The translations under genes and the position numbers were made by a program. Under the pieces are notes generated by a model. The model ran no database searches. It was given only the letters and a program-made list of their open reading frames with translations, and had not been told where the DNA came from. This document shows, in pieces, positions 29,194 to 39,175 of a DNA stretch of 64,000 nt (positions are counted from its first letter, which is position 1; each line of letters begins with the position of its first letter). The stretch comes from a virus (Duplodnaviria; Caudoviricetes), in the IMG/VR virus record IMGVR_UViG_3300038345_000076, positions 32,001-96,000 of that record; one strand, 5' to 3'.

Positions 29194-30957
29194 TTAATGG
29201 GTATCGTTCCAGTTTCCCCAGTTGTTGCGACCTTCCCAGTTACCATTGCTATCATATTTGCGCCCACTCCGATTCGGTCTGCCAGAGCCACGTCCTGTTG
29301 CTACGGAGTATTTCCTTTTTGTGGTTGATCTACCTTTTTTTTCTTCCTTGGTATCAATCTGATTCTGAGCCTTTATAACTTCTATCTGCTGTTCTGTCTG
29401 TATGCCAGCGAGTTCTTCCTGCATTTCAACGTTTGCATCATTCTGTATCTCAAGTTTCTGCTCTTCAAGTAACAACTGCTGCATCTGCTCGTCATGTTTC
29501 TCCTGTAGAATCCTTTCCCACTCTTGCGGAGTCGAATAAGGTAATTTTTCTGAGGCGGTCTGTTTAGACAGGAAACCACCGAGTACCGCAGTGTTAAGAT
29601 TCTGAGTAAGTTCACTGACATTTAAGTGAATGTAAGGCTCGATGTAGTGCCGGATATTGGTATTGAGGAAAGCCAGTCGCATTTCACACTCGATACCGTA
29701 GCCCCAAGAGAAGATGTCAATCATCTTATCTACGCATCCGTCATACTCCTGTGAGTCGGTCATTGCTTTTTCGTAGGCATCGGAGTACATGATTTTCAGA
29801 GAAACGCCTGGTGTGTCGCCTGACTTCAGTTCTGGTGTCTTGACTGCAAACGACTGCTTGTAGATATTGTCTTCGAGTTTGTCAAGTTCTGCCTTGTAAG
29901 CGTTTGACGCATCCTGCCTGTTGAGGAAACCTATCTCTCCGTCAGACGGCAGAATCATAATCTTAGAGGCATACGACATGTCCTGTGTGGTTATTTCCTC
30001 ACTGCCTTCGCCCTTCACATACATGATAGGCAACCCGAAATCGTGGTTGCTGTGAGCAAGGTTTGAGAAAGCAATCTCATAGTTTTCAATCGTCTCTTCC
30101 GAGTAAGTCCAGCAGGGGCCGTTATCGTCACGCATATAGGCGACAGGTATGGAGTCGAATCCGTGCGCCTCCATCCATTCCAGACGGTAGCCATCCGTAT
30201 TGAAAAGTTTGAAGATAAGATTTTTTGCTTTCTCAAAGATGTTTGTAGGATCACCGTCGGCAACAAAGCGGTAGTAGTAGGTATCATCCCACACGTCGAT
30301 GTATCGTTTTGTCACAGAGCCGTTTTCCGCATAGTTGCAATAGGTTCGTGCAAAAGTGCTGAGTTTACCCGTTTTTAAGTCGTAGTGCGGGAATAGCTTG
30401 TCACCGTTGAGGAACGACAGGACTTTCCATCCGAACTTTCCTTTGTCGAGGAAGCCGACGAAAGCACCGTCACCCGTTGCTTTGACAGACTTTGCCAGTT
30501 GATACCAGGCAACCTCCATATTCTTGTTCGCCCATCCGTTCTTGAACTCGTTGAAGACCTTGTTCGTCTCGTCGTCAACTTTCTTGTCAGAGAGTTCAAA
30601 CTGTATGTCGTTTCCGCAAAGATGTGTCAGATGCTTAACGAGGATAATCTGCTGATAGGAGAAAGCATAACGAGGAATCTCCTGAATGTACCACTTTCCG
30701 TCCTCTTCATTTTCCTGCCAGATGTCAGGAAACAACTCTTTGTCGTTGATAAGGTGTCCGGCAGGGTCGAGTTCACGCAGGAAATCCTCTTGCGTGACAA
30801 TCTTTCGGTACAGCCTGTCATGTGTGACTGGCATTTCCGAAACTTCATTCCATACATACCCGTGGTCGTAGTGACCATCAGGAAGGATTCGAGTAAAAGG
30901 CTTCTTTGTAAGAAGGTCTCTTAACGTTGTGTTGGTCTTTTCTAAAACTGCATCCAT
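29194..30957 (-). CDS. Portal protein (SPP1 gp6-like)
   Basis: 587 aa, follows terminase; HGFDSIPVAY, LSKQTA and GVSLKIMYSD motifs. Confidence 0.85.
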   Translation of the reverse strand: MDAVLEKTNTTLRDLLTKKPFTRILPDGHYDHGYVWNEVSEMPVTHDRLYRKIVTQEDFLRELDPAGHLINDKELFPDIWQENEEDGKWYIQEIPRYAFSYQQIILVKHLTHLCGNDIQFELSDKKVDDETNKVFNEFKNGWANKNMEVAWYQLAKSVKATGDGAFVGFLDKGKFGWKVLSFLNGDKLFPHYDLKTGKLSTFARTYCNYAENGSVTKRYIDVWDDTYYYRFVADGDPTNIFEKAKNLIFKLFNTDGYRLEWMEAHGFDSIPVAYMRDDNGPCWTYSEETIENYEIAFSNLAHSNHDFGLPIMYVKGEGSEEITTQDMSYASKIMILPSDGEIGFLNRQDASNAYKAELDKLEDNIYKQSFAVKTPELKSGDTPGVSLKIMYSDAYEKAMTDSQEYDGCVDKMIDIFSWGYGIECEMRLAFLNTNIRHYIEPYIHLNVSELTQNLNTAVLGGFLSKQTASEKLPYSTPQEWERILQEKHDEQMQQLLLEEQKLEIQNDANVEMQEELAGIQTEQQIEVIKAQNQIDTKEEKKGRSTTKRKYSVATGRGSGRPNRSGRKYDSNGNWEGRNNWGNWNDTH

Positions 30958-30974
30958 ATCGTTCTGTTTTTGTG

Positions 30975-33725
30975 TTAATCCCTATGCCTTGGTGTAAGTT
31001 TCCTTACAGTTCTGATACGGCTTCTTCCGTTATTTCCTTTTTTAAGCCATTTTGGTATTACGGCTTGCGTATGTTTAATATCGAAAATCTCCCTCATAAA
31101 CAAAGCCTCGAAGAAGTCAGGTGAGTGTCCGACAACCGCTTTGTTCTTCATCTGTTCCTTATGAATGAGACACCAGCCCTTGTCTTCCTTAGACATATCC
31201 TGCTTGACGCATTTTCTTTCGAGTTGCAGAATGTCGTAGAGCGTTTTCGTTTCTTTGCCAATCTTGTATTTGCGTTTGAGAAGACTTGGCTCAATGCTCC
31301 AATCTCCTTGCTGTGTCCGTTCTGCAAACTTATATGCGCATTGAGATTTCTTATTGTCGTAAAGTCCTTTGTCTTTTTCTGCAACGGCTTCCTGGTTATT
31401 GAATGGTACGGCTCTTGGGAAAGCCCCCTTCAAAACTTGCCCCATGCCGTTCAAGTCATAGGCGAAGTTCTGTTCCAAAACTCCCCATTCCTGAAGTTTC
31501 GCCCTTAATAGTCCGACGGTTGTATATGGGTCACGTCGGCAGACATAGACATCGGCAACATGGTTTCCAATCCAGAGCCATGTCACGCAGTTGTCGCCAC
31601 CTGTTCCGGCAACGTCGCAGGTTGCACGGCGAACACCGTCGCCAATCATCTGTGCGTTCTGGAAGATTTTGTCAAGATGATAGGCTTGAATTATATCATC
31701 TCCCATCTTTATGATGTCCCAGTTTCCGTCAAACTCTCTGGCTCTTACTTCTGGCGGCTGGTTAAGAAGATTGGCTATATATCCTGGGTCTTTCTTTATC
31801 AGTTCCTTGTTCTCGTTCAAAGCTGCTTTCTTGAACGTGACAGACTTGACAAAGAAAGAAGTTTTTGTGTAACCATACTGTTCCCATTCGGGATCCCATG
31901 CGTCATCAATCAGTTCACGGCATTGCTCATAAACTTCTTCTGGCGTATCTCCCCAAATGATATTGTCAACAGAATCGTCCGGCATATAGCAATAGCGAAC
32001 AACGCCGTCACGCTCTGGAATCGGGAAACCTTTTCTCTCAGGGTGCATCAGTCCGTCGGAGTAGATGGTATCTTCTTTCCCGATCCACCAGTCAACAAAC
32101 TTTCTGAGCCATGACAGCGGATCTGGGTTACAAGTTCCGAACATACGCGAATGAACACCGATAGTATTACGGCAGGAAGTCATGAGGAATTTGAACATTT
32201 CAAACGGAATCTGAGGTAACTCGTCAATGCCGATAGAGCAAAACTGCTGACCACGATACTTTGTTTCAAAGTCTGAAAACGGCATATCATAGATAGTAAG
32301 TCCGAGTTTTGCACCCGTCTTGAAGTTCCATGTCATATCGTCCTTCGACTTGTTATAGCGTCCAAGTTTTGCAAACCATCTTTTCGACTCGTTGATGATG
32401 TTTTCAAAGTCATCTTTGTTTTTACGGAAAATGATACCGTTAAAGTGTTTATTTTGGATGTCGTACAAAGGCTCCATCAACATTGTTGTTGTGTTGTGGT
32501 TGATGGTGTAGGCATCCGTCATGTAGAGGTGGTCACGCCCCGTCACTGTAATGCAACGGCAGTTCTGTCGATGTTTTGACTTTGTGATGTACTGAAGAGT
32601 TTTTGTAAGCACATTCTTCTCGTTCGGTTTCTTCGGAGTATTCGCGTTGACGTGTGCGCGAAGTTTGAAGTTTGTTCTTGCAAACAAGTCAGCATCGTTG
32701 GGAGCGACAAAAGCAACTTTCCAATATCCGATGCGCTCTGGATCATCCTCAATCTGTGAAACTCTCGCCCAAATTCCCAAAGAGCGTGCTACCTCTGCAA
32801 CATCTTCTATCAGCTCTTTGTTTGGCAAAGCAAGATATGGATGCTTGTGCATAGAACGTCCATTCTGAAACATGACACCTCTGAGATATTCCCATCGTGC
32901 CTGTACTGAGGCAGTCTTATATTCTGAAGGTATTCTTGCGGGTTGTTTTTGTCTGCTGCAAGTTATTTTCCTCCTGTTTTCGTCATCCAGGCCCTTGAGA
33001 TAGTAGAATCCGTCATTCCTGTTTTTCTTTATCTTATAGCCTATAGCCGAGAACTTTCTTGCCAGATGTTGGTCTTTAGACAGTTTCACTCCAGTCATTG
33101 AGAAGTTCCAGAATCCAGAACCGCTGATATATCCAAGTACAAAAGGATGAATAGGCAGGTCAACGGATGTGATTTTCTCGTTCAGATCAACTTCCCCGCA
33201 TAGCGGAAACTCAACAAAATTCGTCTTTCCGCGGCGGAGTGAAAGCGGATAAGGTCTGTCAAGTGCATATATTCCCATGATATCCCTGGCTGTCATTACG
33301 TGAAAGTCTTCTGTTGGAGAAGTCCTTGCCCAGAACCTGTGATTATCCATGCACCTGACTTCCGTCCCGTCATCAAAATGGAACACATAGATGGTATTAA
33401 CACCCTGCTCAAAAATGCCGCTTACTTTCTGCACACCATTGTATGGAGTGCAAATAAGGTCATCTATTTCAAGGTCGCCCATCAGTCTGAACCCAGATGG
33501 AGTAGCTACAGGTGTCGTGTACGGGTTTGCCTTAGCACCACCTCTGTTACCACCAAATATCGTAATGTCTGCATCATTGCTGAGACCGATTTCCTGCGCC
33601 CCTTTCTGGGCGATAAAAAACTTTGACTTTTTCTTGCTGTTTTCTTTTTCTCTCAGTTCATCAACAAAAGCCTGGGAATATATAGGTTTCCCGTCTATCG
33701 TGTATAGTCCTGTAAAACCTTCCAT
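30975..33725 (-). CDS. terL: Terminase large subunit containing an intein
   Basis: GGNRGGAK|TT Walker A split by the intein; IGIDEL Walker B, TCNPD, DVAGTGGD nuclease motif, GHSPDFFEAL. Confidence 0.93.
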   Translation of the reverse strand: MEGFTGLYTIDGKPIYSQAFVDELREKENSKKKSKFFIAQKGAQEIGLSNDADITIFGGNRGGAKANPYTTPVATPSGFRLMGDLEIDDLICTPYNGVQKVSGIFEQGVNTIYVFHFDDGTEVRCMDNHRFWARTSPTEDFHVMTARDIMGIYALDRPYPLSLRRGKTNFVEFPLCGEVDLNEKITSVDLPIHPFVLGYISGSGFWNFSMTGVKLSKDQHLARKFSAIGYKIKKNRNDGFYYLKGLDDENRRKITCSRQKQPARIPSEYKTASVQARWEYLRGVMFQNGRSMHKHPYLALPNKELIEDVAEVARSLGIWARVSQIEDDPERIGYWKVAFVAPNDADLFARTNFKLRAHVNANTPKKPNEKNVLTKTLQYITKSKHRQNCRCITVTGRDHLYMTDAYTINHNTTTMLMEPLYDIQNKHFNGIIFRKNKDDFENIINESKRWFAKLGRYNKSKDDMTWNFKTGAKLGLTIYDMPFSDFETKYRGQQFCSIGIDELPQIPFEMFKFLMTSCRNTIGVHSRMFGTCNPDPLSWLRKFVDWWIGKEDTIYSDGLMHPERKGFPIPERDGVVRYCYMPDDSVDNIIWGDTPEEVYEQCRELIDDAWDPEWEQYGYTKTSFFVKSVTFKKAALNENKELIKKDPGYIANLLNQPPEVRAREFDGNWDIIKMGDDIIQAYHLDKIFQNAQMIGDGVRRATCDVAGTGGDNCVTWLWIGNHVADVYVCRRDPYTTVGLLRAKLQEWGVLEQNFAYDLNGMGQVLKGAFPRAVPFNNQEAVAEKDKGLYDNKKSQCAYKFAERTQQGDWSIEPSLLKRKYKIGKETKTLYDILQLERKCVKQDMSKEDKGWCLIHKEQMKNKAVVGHSPDFFEALFMREIFDIKHTQAVIPKWLKKGNNGRSRIRTVRKLTPRHRD
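32493..33530 (-). mobile_element. 346-aa intein (Ala1...His-Asn/Thr+1) with a degenerate LAGLIDADG domain
   Basis: Starts ANPYTTPVATPSG, block B CMDNH, ends CRCITV...DHLYMT...INHN|T. Confidence 0.85.
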
Positions 33726-33837
33726 GATGTAAATTTTTTTGTGACAAAAATAATTGTAAAACGATGAATATCTGAGATTTTAATTAGAAATGTAAAGATT
33801 TCCAAAATATTTTTTGAATAAATATTTGTTTGGTAAT

Positions 33838-33845
33838 TAATTTTG
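33838..33845 (+). promoter_or_regulatory. -7 promoter element (TAATTTTG) of the head-tail operon; a divergent TATTTTTG near 33745-33752 serves terL
   Basis: TAnnTTTG matches in the divergent intergenic region. Confidence 0.5.
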
Positions 33846-33911
33846 CGAAAAATATTTACAAAAAAAACGGACGAAAAACGTCCATTGACACAAACACAAA
33901 ATTTTATAGTT

Positions 33912-34742
33912 ATGGAGAAAGACATTCTCATTCAGGGTCTTAGAACCCGCATCGGAGAAGACGATGCAAAGATTATCAGTGACAAGACATTTGACGGTGT
34001 TGCCACAGAAGTTTTAGGTCTGTTTGCCGACGATACCAAAGTCACAGACGAGACATGGAAACTTCCTGTTGCTCTTCTGAAGCAGTTTGCCGGACAGAAG
34101 CGTTTCGATGAAAAGAACTTCACCGAGAAGTTCAAGACCGAGTACGCTAACGAGTTCAAAACTCAGCATGAGAAAGATGTTGAGACTCGTATCAATGCTG
34201 CCGTTGCAAAGGCATTGGAAGACTATAAGAAGGAACACCCTGAGAATGGTGGTGGTGATGGTGGTAAAGGTGGTGCTTCTGAGGAATCACTGGATGAAAA
34301 GGTTGCGAAAGCCGTGAAGGAAGCAATGGCTGGACTGACTGGTGCTGACAGCGAGTTTGGTAAGATGACTGCTACCATGACCAACTTCATGAAGTCACAG
34401 ATGGAACGGGAGAAAACCGCAACTCTCAACAGCGTTAAGGCAGAACTCAAGAAACACCTCATTGCTCTGAAGGCCAACAACGAGGCTTGTATTGACGATG
34501 CTCTGGATGATATCGAATATGGGGATAATCCCACATTTGAGGGTCTGAAGCAGACAGCAGTATCAGCCTATGAGAAACGCTACAAGCGTTACTATGCTGA
34601 CGGAGGAAAACCCTTCGGTGGTGATGGCACAGGTGAGCATGAAGGTGAAAACGGATTCGTGAAAAAGACGATAGAACGTTTGAAGAAAGAAGCTGAGGAA
34701 AACGCGAACTATGCCACCGAGCAAGAGAAGACCTTCGTGTAA
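33912..34742 (+). CDS. Capsid scaffolding protein (putative)
   Basis: Charged helical protein upstream of the capsid genes; likely start MEKDIL. Confidence 0.6.
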   Translation: MEKDILIQGLRTRIGEDDAKIISDKTFDGVATEVLGLFADDTKVTDETWKLPVALLKQFAGQKRFDEKNFTEKFKTEYANEFKTQHEKDVETRINAAVAKALEDYKKEHPENGGGDGGKGGASEESLDEKVAKAVKEAMAGLTGADSEFGKMTATMTNFMKSQMEREKTATLNSVKAELKKHLIALKANNEACIDDALDDIEYGDNPTFEGLKQTAVSAYEKRYKRYYADGGKPFGGDGTGEHEGENGFVKKTIERLKKEAEENANYATEQEKTFV

Positions 34743-34787
34743 GGCTCTCAACCAACACAAAAAATTCTAATAAAAACATTAAGTAAC

Positions 34788-35456
34788 ATGAGACAAGGAA
34801 CTATCAACAACTACATTAAGTTCAGTAAGAACTTTGGTGGTGTCCGCAAGTGCTACGAGGGCAAACCGACAATTGCCGTCGGTGGTTTCATGTGCGAACC
34901 CGCACTGATGCCTGCCTATCCTAATGTGATGGCAGCAGGAACTCTTGTCTTTGCCGACGAGACCGCAGGTGTTCGTTCCATCGTACCTATCTACACTTTT
35001 AAGGTGTTGGAGGTTGATACATCGAACAACAAGATTAAGGTTGAGAAGGTAGAGACTGGCACTATTGCAAAGGTTGGAATGGTCTTGGGCGTAGTCGGTT
35101 CAGACTTGACTCAGGCTGTGTCTAACGTTTCCACAGTATCTGCTATCGACAGCACAAACGATGGCTATGACATCCTTACCGTCGATGCCGTCGCCTCTGC
35201 AGGTACTGCTTTCGTAGCAGAGGGTGATGTTCTTGCAGAGTTCAATGGAACGACCAAGAAGATCAAGAATCTCCCCAATGGACTGACCTATTGTGACAAC
35301 GTACTCGACCCCGATGCTTATGCCATCGACATCGACTACATCTGGAACTGCATGGAGAAGCCCGTTCTGGAGCGTCGCATGCCGCCTCTGACAGCAAGCC
35401 TGAAGAAGGCTCTTCGTGACAACGAGTGCTATTTCCGTTTCTCGAACCGCAAGTAA
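34788..35456 (+). CDS. Head decoration/cement protein (putative)
   Basis: Lies between scaffold and major capsid; beta-rich. Confidence 0.55.
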   Translation: MRQGTINNYIKFSKNFGGVRKCYEGKPTIAVGGFMCEPALMPAYPNVMAAGTLVFADETAGVRSIVPIYTFKVLEVDTSNNKIKVEKVETGTIAKVGMVLGVVGSDLTQAVSNVSTVSAIDSTNDGYDILTVDAVASAGTAFVAEGDVLAEFNGTTKKIKNLPNGLTYCDNVLDPDAYAIDIDYIWNCMEKPVLERRMPPLTASLKKALRDNECYFRFSNRK

Positions 35457-35476
35457 ACTAAAAAGGAGATTAGATT

Positions 35477-36640
35477 ATGAGAGACTTAAATCTTTATGGT
35501 ATCAGCGGTCTGCATCAGTATGTGGACGCTGAAAACTTCGGTCTGATCCTCGACAACGTGAATGCCAAGTACAACGGTGCTATGTGGCGTCAGTTTGCTT
35601 CGTGGGGAAAGCCGACAGATGACCGTGAGTGGAAACAGGGTATCAAGAAGACCCCGATATTGGTACGTGCCAGCATCCTCGGTACTCATTCCGAGAAGCC
35701 TCAGCGCAGCACCATCGGCTGGGAGTTCTACGGTGGGACCCTGCCCCAGTTAGGTCATGGCTTCAACATCACACAGGATGACATGATTGAACTCCGTAAG
35801 AGCGCAAAACTTGCTGACATGACTTTTGGCGAGGCTCTGACGGACAGTTTCGTTCTGAACTCTGACGCTATGATCGGCGGTGTCCACAACGAACTCACTT
35901 ACATGGTCATGCAGGCCATGTCAACTGGCGAGATTCACGATATTGCCGTTGACGGTGCTCGCTACGACTTCAAGTTCCAGATTCCTGACGAGAACTTCCT
36001 TGCACCCGACAATGGTAAGGAGTGGTATATTTGGGACACCTCTGGTGCAACTCCCAAGTTGGTTGCCAATCCGAATGCAGATGTAATTGAGGACATTCTG
36101 ACATTCCAGAAGTACCTCACTGACACGCTGAACCTCGGTGTTGACCACTGGAAGCTGTCAAAGGACTTGCTTGACAAGATTGTCCTTCATCCTTCCGTGA
36201 TCAACGCTTTCAAGGGTAGCAAGAACTACTACCATCCAGAGAGCGTGAAGGTTGACCGTGCCGAACTTTTGGGTTGGCTGCATACTTCTATGAAGATATG
36301 GCCGTTCCAGGAGATTGACTTCAAGTCGCGTCATGAAGAGGACGGAAAGCCCGTTGCCGATGCTCCTGCATTCGACATTCACAACATGGTAGCCGCCAGC
36401 CGTGCTTATCGTCCGTTTGAGATCAAGGTGATGAACTCAATCTTGAAAGACCGCAACAAGATGGGCGCACACAACGACAGTGTTCGCACCTACTTCGTCG
36501 AAGACCGTATCGCGGTTCAGAACGTATGGCAGGATCGTCCCATGATGAACATCATCGACTGCGAACTCTACGCAGGCCCCGTGTTCAACAACGTTCATGA
36601 CTACGGTATCGCTACCGTATGGAAGGACTACGAGGGTTAA
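35477..36640 (+). CDS. Major capsid protein
   Basis: 387 aa; LTYMVMQAMSTGEI and ADVIEDI resemble lambda-E-like Bacteroidales capsids; position in operon. Confidence 0.8.
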   Translation: MRDLNLYGISGLHQYVDAENFGLILDNVNAKYNGAMWRQFASWGKPTDDREWKQGIKKTPILVRASILGTHSEKPQRSTIGWEFYGGTLPQLGHGFNITQDDMIELRKSAKLADMTFGEALTDSFVLNSDAMIGGVHNELTYMVMQAMSTGEIHDIAVDGARYDFKFQIPDENFLAPDNGKEWYIWDTSGATPKLVANPNADVIEDILTFQKYLTDTLNLGVDHWKLSKDLLDKIVLHPSVINAFKGSKNYYHPESVKVDRAELLGWLHTSMKIWPFQEIDFKSRHEEDGKPVADAPAFDIHNMVAASRAYRPFEIKVMNSILKDRNKMGAHNDSVRTYFVEDRIAVQNVWQDRPMMNIIDCELYAGPVFNNVHDYGIATVWKDYEG

Positions 36641-36659
36641 ACTCTAAGTGACTTGAATC

Positions 36660-37076
36660 ATGGCCGATAACGAGCAGAATCAGATTGTCACGGTTGAAGA
36701 GTATATCAAAACTCTTTCACCCAATGCAAACATCAGTGAGAGTACCATTAAAGGCATTCTCATTGATGCAAGCATTAATGCTGGGACACCTGTGTCCGAT
36801 TTGACGGAAAAGCAGAAAGACCTATCCCTTGCTTACCTTCTAATCCGTATTGCCTTTAATCCTTTGATGTCGCAGAAAGTGACAGACAAGGATGGTGATT
36901 GGGAACATTCGGAGGGCAGTGAGCAGTGGTCTCGCTCTCAGTTGATGCAATTTCTGATTCTCGCCCGTGACCTGCTGAAGAAGTGGGATATTACAGATGC
37001 CCGCGTAGAATCACTTGCTCCCAAATGGGGCATGAAGGGCAGTGGCTTTCACAAAATCCGCAGATACCCGAAATAG
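36660..37076 (+). CDS. Head-tail adaptor (putative)
   Basis: Follows the major capsid gene; 138 aa, helical. Confidence 0.55.
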   Translation: MADNEQNQIVTVEEYIKTLSPNANISESTIKGILIDASINAGTPVSDLTEKQKDLSLAYLLIRIAFNPLMSQKVTDKDGDWEHSEGSEQWSRSQLMQFLILARDLLKKWDITDARVESLAPKWGMKGSGFHKIRRYPK

Positions 37077-37078
37077 TT

Positions 37079-37501
37079 ATGGCTCAGATAAATAACCCTC
37101 GTTTCCCTCATACTTGCAGGATCGTCAGGTTCGTTAATGATGACCCGATGGTTGACCAAAGCGACATTGAAGATGACCCTATGCAGGATGAAACAGAAGA
37201 AACCACTGTTAATGACCAAGACTCAGAAGAGACTAATCAAGCGCAGGGTGGAACTGTTATCTATGAGGGAGAATGTAGGAGTGACAACAAAGCCGTTACG
37301 TCGGACAATGGAGAGTTTAATGTTTCTTACCGAACGCTCGCATTGCCTTTGAAACAGGACGAATGGACTGAGGAAACCATACCTTTGGAGGGTGACAGAA
37401 TCGAACTACAGCGATTCGGGTATAAAGAATACGGAATAGTGGTTGACAAACGCCCAAGCAATTTAGGAACTCATATTTTGTGGAAATATGCCCGTAACTA
37501 A
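37079..37501 (+). CDS. Head closure protein (putative)
   Basis: Start MAQINNPRFPHTC; VIYEGEC motif; position. Confidence 0.55.
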   Translation: MAQINNPRFPHTCRIVRFVNDDPMVDQSDIEDDPMQDETEETTVNDQDSEETNQAQGGTVIYEGECRSDNKAVTSDNGEFNVSYRTLALPLKQDEWTEETIPLEGDRIELQRFGYKEYGIVVDKRPSNLGTHILWKYARN

Positions 37502-38036
37502 TCGTCAGATAGTACACGAAGCCATTGCAGGCTATAAGACAGCAATCTTCGATGAAGTCGAGAAGCGTTGTCGAAAGTTTTGTACTGACTTGTGTCAGGA
37601 GGCGATAAGAGCAAGAAAGAATGCTCCAGGTGCACACAACTTTACAGGTAACTTGATTAACTCGATTGTTGTGTGTCTCTACAGGAACAGAGAACCTATC
37701 AATGCTTACTATGCAGCGCAATATGTTCCGAAAGCCATTCAGGTGAAGATGCGGCAGAGAACGCGGAAACGTTATCGTTTCAATCCCGACTATGATGGTG
37801 ACAAGAGCCATTATCTTCCAACAGTTCAGACTAACGGCGGTTGGGGTGAAGACGATGCCCGCCATTTCTTCCAAGACTACGTTCCGAAAGGCAAGAACCT
37901 GTTTGACATTGTGGTAGCCTATCCCGTTGAATACGGAAACTGGGTGGAAACGCAGAGAAGCACCACTGGTATATTGCAATCCTACGCACACGCCGAAGCA
38001 GTTGGTGTTACATACTTGAAGTTAGTAAGGAAATAG
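37488..38036 (+). CDS. Neck/tail completion protein (HK97 gp10-like)
   Basis: TGNLINSI and VEYGNWVE motifs. Confidence 0.65.
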   Translation: MPVTNRQIVHEAIAGYKTAIFDEVEKRCRKFCTDLCQEAIRARKNAPGAHNFTGNLINSIVVCLYRNREPINAYYAAQYVPKAIQVKMRQRTRKRYRFNPDYDGDKSHYLPTVQTNGGWGEDDARHFFQDYVPKGKNLFDIVVAYPVEYGNWVETQRSTTGILQSYAHAEAVGVTYLKLVRK

Positions 38037-38041
38037 CAGTT

Positions 38042-38464
38042 ATGGCAGAAGGAAAGAAAACGCTTATCTACCTCATTTACAACGATCTGTCAAATGCGGT
38101 AAAGGGAATCGGGAAAAAGACTTTTTTCGGCAGACCAGAACCCGTCGGCTCAGACGTTGCGAACTTCATTGCGATTGAGATACCTACGGAAATCCGTAGC
38201 CGTATCGCAGGAAGTTTTGATATGAGCGTAGATTGTTATGCTACTTTTGACGTTTACTGCAAGGCAAAAACTGACAGGACGTTGAATATCGGTACACAGA
38301 CCGATTTGGTTCAGAAAGTCTTGGACGTTTTTCCGATTAACGGCAAATGTGTGACGGCGGCTAATCCGACCATTCTGATGCAGGGTTATGACGAGACAGG
38401 GTATCAAGTCACGAAAATCTCTTTTAAGTTAAGGACAAAATTCAATTCAACACAAACACTTTAA
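38042..38464 (+). CDS. Tail terminator protein (putative)
   Basis: 140 aa immediately before the tail tube gene. Confidence 0.55.
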   Translation: MAEGKKTLIYLIYNDLSNAVKGIGKKTFFGRPEPVGSDVANFIAIEIPTEIRSRIAGSFDMSVDCYATFDVYCKAKTDRTLNIGTQTDLVQKVLDVFPINGKCVTAANPTILMQGYDETGYQVTKISFKLRTKFNSTQTL

Positions 38465-38476
38465 CATATTACGACT

Positions 38477-39079
38477 ATGGCACTTAGAAAGAAAATTGAA
38501 ATGCAGGACGATGTGTTCTCTGGTATCAGTGCGGTATTTGCCGTTGCTGGTGGTCTTGGAAACGACCTTTCGTTTGCGAATGCCACTGAGTTCCCCGTTT
38601 CCGACGATTCGGGTTTCAACTTCGACACAGGTCAGCCGAGTGTTGAGCACTTCAAGGTGAAGGGAATGAACACAGACTGGGTGAACACCTTTACGCCTGG
38701 TGACGGTGAAATGACACTGGAGATTCCTTGTCACGACACTGGCGTTATGGAGTTGTGCGGTTTTGACCCGACTGATGTCAGCATCACTCTTCCTGCTGGC
38801 ATGGCACAGGGTGGTACTGCTGCAACAGGCAAGGGCTATGCGTTCACTCCGAAGGCTGTTTACCTGGGTATCGGTGTGCTGAACGACACAGAAGACAAAC
38901 TTCTGTTTGTCAAGAAGGCGAAGTACATGGCTCAGTTGATTCTTGGCAGTGACAACAAGCCTCTGTGCGTTGTGCTCACTGGTAGTATTTCCGCTGGTGC
39001 TGATCCCAAGGCTTTCGGTATCTGTGATATCGCGCCCACTACTCAGACAGGTGATGAACAGACAGGTGACGGTAACTAA
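38477..39079 (+). CDS. Major tail (tube) protein
   Basis: 200 aa, followed by a terminator, chaperones and the tape measure gene. Confidence 0.7.
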   Translation: MALRKKIEMQDDVFSGISAVFAVAGGLGNDLSFANATEFPVSDDSGFNFDTGQPSVEHFKVKGMNTDWVNTFTPGDGEMTLEIPCHDTGVMELCGFDPTDVSITLPAGMAQGGTAATGKGYAFTPKAVYLGIGVLNDTEDKLLFVKKAKYMAQLILGSDNKPLCVVLTGSISAGADPKAFGICDIAPTTQTGDEQTGDGN

Positions 39080-39115
39080 TCTGAGGTTAGACCTATAGAA
39101 GAATACTCATAGCAT

Positions 39116-39152
39116 AGGGGCAGTGGTAGTTTTGATGCTGCCGCTGCCCCTT
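39116..39152 (+). terminator. Hairpin terminator after the tail tube gene
   Basis: AGGGGCAGTGG...CCGCTGCCCCTT. Confidence 0.55.
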
Positions 39153-39175
39153 AAAACTTTAAATGAGAAAAGTTT

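Noticed and set aside
33606-33612. An extra CTGGGCG inside terL
   Set aside because: It is an isolated copy 21 kb from the cluster. A 7-mer is expected occasionally by chance and there is no cassette context.
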